Positions 41,201-45,347 of a stretch of 45,347 bases of DNA are shown piece after piece (the first letter of the stretch is position 1; every line of letters begins with the position of its first letter). Origin of the DNA: Methanoregula sp. (GTDB taxonomy: Archaea; Halobacteriota; Methanomicrobia; Methanomicrobiales; Methanospirillaceae). The DNA is taken from the NCBI GenBank assembly GCA_026394695.1, contig JAPKXT010000227.1, positions 1 to 45,347 on the forward strand. The letters are read 5' to 3'. The translations under genes were made by a program, and so were the position numbers. Under the pieces are notes generated by a model. It was given only the letters and a program-made list of their open reading frames with translations. It made no database searches and was not told the origin of the DNA.

Positions 41201-42515
41201 TGCAGATATCTACGGGAACCTGCTGAAATAAGAAGGTGTAAAGGCTTTCATCAGTGTGGAATAATTTTCCTTCCAGTAATAAGTTTAATGCAAAAGTCTT
41301 GAGTGGTGCAGGTACTGTTCGTAACGAAATTCGGAATCCCTCGCATTCCTGGCAGATACAGGTAGAAAGAATCTGACGATCCTTGTCTGAAAAAACTGTC
41401 CTGACCGATAAAATCTCTGACAGTTGGTCATAAGAGTCTACAATGATCACTGCACGGGGAAGTAATTCAGAAAGACCCTGCCCTATTGTATTAAAAATAT
41501 CTGCCTCCGGAGACAGCTCAACAAATTCCTGCGCTTTCCGGGAGAGGAATTCCATATCCCTGACATACTGGTTAATCCTCGTTGCGGCCTCACGCTTTTC
41601 TGTGTTGTCCCTGCCGACTCCCTGGTATTCAATGGGTTTTTGGTTATCATCAAAAAACGCACGCACTGTCCACAGGTTCCCCCGAACCTGCCCGCATGAA
41701 TGGTGGATCCTGCATTCAAAGGATTGAACCGGGTTGTTCATATCCAGGGACTGGATACACTGTTGCACGGTTGTTATGTCATCGCTTTCAATATCGGGTA
41801 TATGCTGCCTCCCAAGGAGCTCCTCCTTTTCCTTCTTAAGGTAGCGGGCGTATGCATCATTGACAAAAACAAGTGTCCCATCCGGAAGAAATCTCGTGAT
41901 AAACTCGGTCTGGTCCTCGACGATACCGCGGTATTTTGCTTCGTTGAACTCCAGCATCTTCTGGTACGAGACATGAGCCGTGATATCTTCGATGATGAGG
42001 GTAATACCCTGGCTCCCGTCTTCAAACGCTGTTTGTAACTGTTTTGTCTTGTAATAGTGTTTCTTTTCTTCAAAGGCGCATTCAAACTCGCGTACCTGAT
42101 CATGGGTAAGATCTGTACCTTTGGAGGGTACTGTTACCGGAATAGCGCTGATGAAGGGATGATCTATGTTTTTGATGTTCCTGCCCACCAGTGCTTCTTT
42201 CTTTTCATGAACCTGAACGAGCAAAGGTTCATTGACCTGCATAATTGTCAGGGCACTATCAAGAATAATGAGCATATCAGAAGAGAATTCCAGCATCGAT
42301 GAGATAGGAACTCGGTGGGAGAGGAAGTACACCTTGGCAGCACCAATAACCTGCATCTCCACCTGCCCGGAGATGAGGAGAATGTCAAGATATTTTGCAA
42401 CGAGATTCCGGTTCATCTCCATTTTGGTAGCGAGATCTGATATGGTGATACCTCGTGAATGCCATTTAAGGATCTGTTTGAGTCGATCTACTCTTTCCTG
42501 ATCGAAAACCGGCAT
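38274..42515 (-). CDS. N-terminal winged-HTH, multi-PAS sensor protein without a kinase domain
   Basis: GITISDLA....MNRN.VAKYL..L...GQVE HTH, followed by several PAS/PAC repeats (YRGIVEDQTEF..RF.PDG...EYQGVGRD) separated by GAF-like segments; no H-box or HATPase motifs. Confidence 0.9.
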   Translation of the reverse strand: MPVFDQERVDRLKQILKWHSRGITISDLATKMEMNRNLVAKYLDILLISGQVEMQVIGAAKVYFLSHRVPISSMLEFSSDMLIILDSALTIMQVNEPLLVQVHEKKEALVGRNIKNIDHPFISAIPVTVPSKGTDLTHDQVREFECAFEEKKHYYKTKQLQTAFEDGSQGITLIIEDITAHVSYQKMLEFNEAKYRGIVEDQTEFITRFLPDGTLVFVNDAYARYLKKEKEELLGRQHIPDIESDDITTVQQCIQSLDMNNPVQSFECRIHHSCGQVRGNLWTVRAFFDDNQKPIEYQGVGRDNTEKREAATRINQYVRDMEFLSRKAQEFVELSPEADIFNTIGQGLSELLPRAVIIVDSYDQLSEILSVRTVFSDKDRQILSTCICQECEGFRISLRTVPAPLKTFALNLLLEGKLFHTDESLYTFLFQQVPVDICNRIQDTLNLGDRYYGIGLVRHGILFGIVVFLLRKGETVPDSSLIETFIRQASVVLHRRLFEDSLKKSEARYRGIVEDQTEFVSRFLPDGTLTYVNDSVCRYFQKDQAELLGQSIFSLIPKEDQDRLLQDLQSMSAQNPVLSAEYRMYDPSGRIRWTQWTNRALFDDHGTIVEYQGVGRDITEQKEAEAKIRQYIADIEYLSKKSYEFLELSQDADMYGTICRGLKDILPEAIVLVNSIDLKTDSATTRSVLGDEDRDIFSTLMGEDIIGKTTTLIKGAEGDMAVKAVLSGRIVKIPGNLFFAMHRSVPEAVCAKIEGALNIEDSYIIGLVSQGIILANVVILLRKGDKLGHGDLIEAYIRQAANALLRQKTAETLRESEKLYRSVIENIQDVFYRSDTKGNLIMASPSWANLLGYDSLDDCIGYNIAEKFYFEPHRRKDFLDAVYKNGSVSDYEVVLKCRDGSPLCVSTNSHLFYDGTGSLLGVEGIFRDISERRIATEKIRDQISQLDFFSRALQEFIELSPDADIYEKIASDLKLLIADAMISVNSFDVVTGILTCRSCKGDEDRAACTRCLGRDPRDMDYPIDPLALHTLSTGQLHKVPLSLYDILFRKIPTETCDQIDEAINIGDIYGIGFVRWGTLFGNATIFLHKGAMIPDIQLIENYARAASIALQRKIAEDSLKESQEVFSSIAQYAHVPIAIIGSDGTYQYVNQKFKEIFGYDLNDIRTGREWFSRAYPDPEYRKHVITTWKSDLEASKDGLERPRTFTVRCKEGVDREILFRPVTISNKKQCVVYEDITGERKGEQEPKLLPLVAGTSGDVNTGEKIDGSITSGNRAAEHLYDPETVKTTGLLSPHYLSNALKMARDYIAILDRSGKCVWVNDALVSAVNAGSCNDLAGNSIALYIAPEFRKMALDSLMEVKKSGNKTVPLMMLSSSGRVPVEANISAITTEEGDLFGYMAIARNVERGTIEKSR

Positions 42516-43010
42516 TATTGAAAATAGGCATTCGTTTTAATATATATATCGATTTTAGTTAATTATTAATATTATATTCTCAAGGGGTACACATGCATCC
42601 AAAATTAATTAAATATAATTAATAACTGTGAATTATTCAGATTAATTCTTTAATAACTATCCGGATTGATACCAAGTGAATCATTTTTCAGATGTTCTAC
42701 AGAATTACTTTAATCCTGCCCGGCTTGATTTTATATCGGTGTTTTTTAACTTTGACGGATTTATCCTCCTTTTTTTATCGGTGCCGGAAATCTGATCGAT
42801 CTCCACATTTGCATAACAAAGAATTGGAAAGTAGGTTAGTAAAACAAGATAGTTCCCTATAAAAAATGAGACAGGGTTAAATGATTAGGACAAGCGGCGA
42901 TTAATGTCTTCATACTTGTCATGTAACGGTCTTGAAAATTTTCCCAAGAGATGATACCCCGCCATACATTTTTTCCCTCCCCTACACCCAATGAATTGAT
43001 GGCTCCCTTA

Positions 43011-43466
43011 CTACCAGACTTCAGGGAAAGCCATATTGGTATAGATATCCTCCAGCCGGGCCTTGTGGCCACTTTCCATGTTTGCGAGCTGGCTAAAGAG
43101 AAACTTCTGCTCTGTGTCAGTTGAGAGGTTCGCAAGCTGAGTGTACATCTGCATGGCTTCAAGTTCCTTTTTTATCGCAAGAACAAGGCCATCAAGCGGT
43201 TTTAAATCTGCAGTCAGTGGCGGGCTCGGCATTGCATTTACCACCTTATAATCCTGCTTAGCATCAAAGCGCATCTTGGTGACTTCCTTTGTGAGCATTC
43301 CCTGCAGGAATTCCCGGTGCTGTTTCTCCTCTCCGGCAAGTTCGGTAAAAAGTTTCTTCAATGCCGGATCTTTTACCTTTTCGGATACGGTACGGTAAAA
43401 TGTATAAGCTTCGACTTCCCTGTCGATAGCAGTTGAAATGATCTTCTTTGCATCATCTGCTTTCAT
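43011..43466 (-). CDS. Rubrerythrin/ferritin-like diiron protein
   Basis: Duplicated AI..E..A..FY/MY and E..H motifs (EEKQH, ESGH). Start 43466 follows GGAGATGA; alternative start 43478. Confidence 0.88.
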   Translation of the reverse strand: MKADDAKKIISTAIDREVEAYTFYRTVSEKVKDPALKKLFTELAGEEKQHREFLQGMLTKEVTKMRFDAKQDYKVVNAMPSPPLTADLKPLDGLVLAIKKELEAMQMYTQLANLSTDTEQKFLFSQLANMESGHKARLEDIYTNMAFPEVW

Positions 43467-43584
43467 CGTTTCATTCATCTCCTTATCAGAATTCAATTAA
43501 TTCAAACCGGTTAATTGAAAACCTGGTTCATCCGTCTGTTTGCACCTACAAAGAACTCTTCCTGAGCTATCAGAGCGCAAAAAA

Positions 43585-44736
43585 TTAATTGGTATAAGCT
43601 GCTTTACCCAGTTTTGCCTCGAAAGCAGCGTCTCCCTCCGCGCGAATTGCATGTGAGAAGAGTGCCATGGGAATCTCCATCGGACAGAGTTCCTCACATT
43701 GACCACAGTTGATGCAAGTATCTGAAATGTGGGCGAACCGTCTCAAATGGAACATCGGGTTCGGCGGAAGCTCTCCTGGTTTAACCATAAGAGAGCCCTT
43801 TTTCAGATCCTCGGCAGCGGTGAAGCAGACCGGGCAGTTCTCAATGCATGAATAGCACTTGATGCACCGTGAAGTTTCTTTGTTGATCGTCTCCCAGAGA
43901 TTTGCCCCAAGCGCTGTGAAATCATGCCTGCGCCACTTGTCGCCAAGCTTCATCATTGCACCTTCGACTTTGCCCCGGATCTCAAGACCCTTGGGGTTTG
44001 CTGCTTCAGTTGCAAGGATACCGGATTTCACTGCACCGTTCAAGAGGTTTGCACCCTTCTCGCTGCAGACCTCAACAAAGGTTGCCTTACCGGCCTTGTC
44101 GCCGATAACACCCCAGTTCCCGCAGGCGAGATCCGCCTGGCGGGGGATTTTCATCTTGCAGCGGCGGCAGTTGGACCTGCGGCCGTATCCCGCTTCTTCG
44201 AGCTCGTCCATCGAGATGCCTTTGTGGCCACCTTCGTACTCGATGATGAACTGGCCCTTGTCGATCTCTTCCTTGTGGACCTTGTCCGGGTCAACACCGA
44301 ATTTATCGGCAATCATCCTGCGTGCAAGCATCGGGCTGACCGACCCACCGCAGTTGACACCGATCATGACAATGTTGTCAAGGTTGATCTGCTTGCGCTT
44401 GGCAAGCTCGATAAAGCCCATAACATCACAACCCTTGACCGTCACACCGATCTTCTTGGTCTTTGCACCATCAAGGTATTTCTTGACCAGTTTTGGCAGC
44501 AGGAGGGTACCGCAGTGGAGGGAACCGGCAGTCTGGGCAAGTTCCCTGGGGTCAGTGATGAGCACCGGCTGGGCATCGTAGAGATCCTTACCCTTCTTGA
44601 TGGCAAAGACTGCATCGACCGTCTTTGATTCGAGCGCATGTTTCCAGAGTGCGGTGACTGCGCCACCAAGCTCTGCTTTCTTCTTGATATCTGCGTCATT
44701 GGTCCATGCGTAGAGCATATCGCCTTTCTTTGCCAT
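43585..44736 (-). CDS. fdhB: F420-dependent formate dehydrogenase beta subunit
   Basis: GGAVT, GSLHCG, KGCD, GVNCGG, GRRSNCRRC, ADLACGNWG and two CxxCxxCxxxCP clusters. Confidence 0.95.
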   Translation of the reverse strand: MAKKGDMLYAWTNDADIKKKAELGGAVTALWKHALESKTVDAVFAIKKGKDLYDAQPVLITDPRELAQTAGSLHCGTLLLPKLVKKYLDGAKTKKIGVTVKGCDVMGFIELAKRKQINLDNIVMIGVNCGGSVSPMLARRMIADKFGVDPDKVHKEEIDKGQFIIEYEGGHKGISMDELEEAGYGRRSNCRRCKMKIPRQADLACGNWGVIGDKAGKATFVEVCSEKGANLLNGAVKSGILATEAANPKGLEIRGKVEGAMMKLGDKWRRHDFTALGANLWETINKETSRCIKCYSCIENCPVCFTAAEDLKKGSLMVKPGELPPNPMFHLRRFAHISDTCINCGQCEELCPMEIPMALFSHAIRAEGDAAFEAKLGKAAYTN

Positions 44737-44737
44737 G

Positions 44738-45347
44738 TTACTTCGCCTCCGCAATCTTCTCGATTCTCACAGCACAGGCCTTGTACTCCGGGATACCTGC
44801 AACCGGGTCGAGTGCATTGTTAGTGAGCAGGTTCGCTGCGCATTCCTTAAAGTGGAACGGTATGAAGACGACCCCTTTCTTGATGTCTTTTGTGACCCGT
44901 GCGCCGATCTTGATCTCCCCTCTGCGGGTGATCGCCCTGACCATTTCCTTGTCCTTGATGCCGAGAGCTTTTGCGTCCTCCGGGTTGATCTCGACCCAGC
45001 CGGTCGGTGCCTCGCGCTCGAGGTCCTCTGAACGGCGGGTCATGGTACCGGTGTGCCACTGCCAGATGCAGCGTCCGGTAGTCATGATAAGCGGGTAGTC
45101 CTTGTCCGGGACTTCAGCCGGGTATTTGAACTCGATGGGGGTGAAGATACCAAGACCGTCCGGGTGGGTAAATTTCTCCTTGTGGAGGATGGGTGTGCCC
45201 GGGTGTTCCTTTGTCGGGCAGGGCCAGTGCAGCGCTTCGGGTTTGTCAAGGCGGGTATAATCCATGCCGCCATAGGACGGGGTGACCTTTGATACTTCCG
45301 TGAAGATCTCTTCTGCGCTCTTGTACGGGAACTGCTTCTCGTATCCC
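44738..45347 (-). CDS. fdhA: Formate dehydrogenase alpha subunit, C-terminal part (truncated by the window edge)
   Basis: [13 protein letters not shown]...[24 protein letters not shown]...AN.LT...LDP..GIPEYK.CAV molybdopterin-binding domain; directly upstream of fdhB. Confidence 0.95.
   Translation of the reverse strand, partial: GYEKQFPYKSAEEIFTEVSKVTPSYGGMDYTRLDKPEALHWPCPTKEHPGTPILHKEKFTHPDGLGIFTPIEFKYPAEVPDKDYPLIMTTGRCIWQWHTGTMTRRSEDLEREAPTGWVEINPEDAKALGIKDKEMVRAITRRGEIKIGARVTKDIKKGVVFIPFHFKECAANLLTNNALDPVAGIPEYKACAVRIEKIAEAK

Noticed and set aside
42516-43010. Replication origin in the AT-rich gap
   Set aside because: No recognisable ORB repeats and no adjacent cdc6/orc1 gene.
43859-44628. 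Long antisense ORFs (e.g. 43859-44581, 43924-44628, 23204-23953, 7235-7897)
   Set aside because: Shadow frames opposite well-supported genes, with no independent motifs.
43585-45347. Higher GC and different codon usage of fdhAB as a sign of horizontal transfer
   Set aside because: Better explained by codon bias of highly expressed core catabolic genes; no mobility features nearby.
1-45347. tRNA/rRNA genes and Sec/Pyl recoding
   Set aside because: No tRNA- or rRNA-like sequence was recognised by eye, and the interrupted genes are broken by frameshifts rather than in-frame TGA/TAG. A tRNAscan-SE/Infernal run would be needed to exclude small RNAs.

Overview
Chromosomal window of a hydrogenotrophic methanogenic archaeon, most likely Methanomicrobiales (Methanoregula-like). 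This assignment is inferred from archaeal DnaG, tetraether synthase, CarS, methanogenesis marker 14 and F420-dependent FdhAB. Most genes are housekeeping (dnaG, ala, tes/carS, pyrE-purD-argF, argG, carAB, mutS-mutL-mutY, fdhAB). An accessory stretch at about 17-32 kb holds a DpsL/glutaredoxin/ferredoxin:disulfide reductase cluster, a beta-carbonic anhydrase, a six-gene Ehr (Hyf-like) membrane complex, a 2H-phosphoesterase/metallophosphoesterase fusion and an MBL-rhodanese protein. Best candidate for an unusual system: the Ehr complex lacks the NiFe ligands, has no ferredoxin-type subunit, and has all four Fe-S cysteines of its small subunit replaced, so it appears to have no redox cofactor. 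Other notable items: a complete 256-bp IS5/IS903-type MITE with an 8-bp target-site duplication, the end of a related element at the window edge, a second ~140-bp dispersed non-coding repeat, and several gene lesions (dpsL and hyfF frameshifts, probable deletions in hyfF and marker 14) that may be real decay or assembly error. All calls come from motif reading and manual alignment; no database searches were run.
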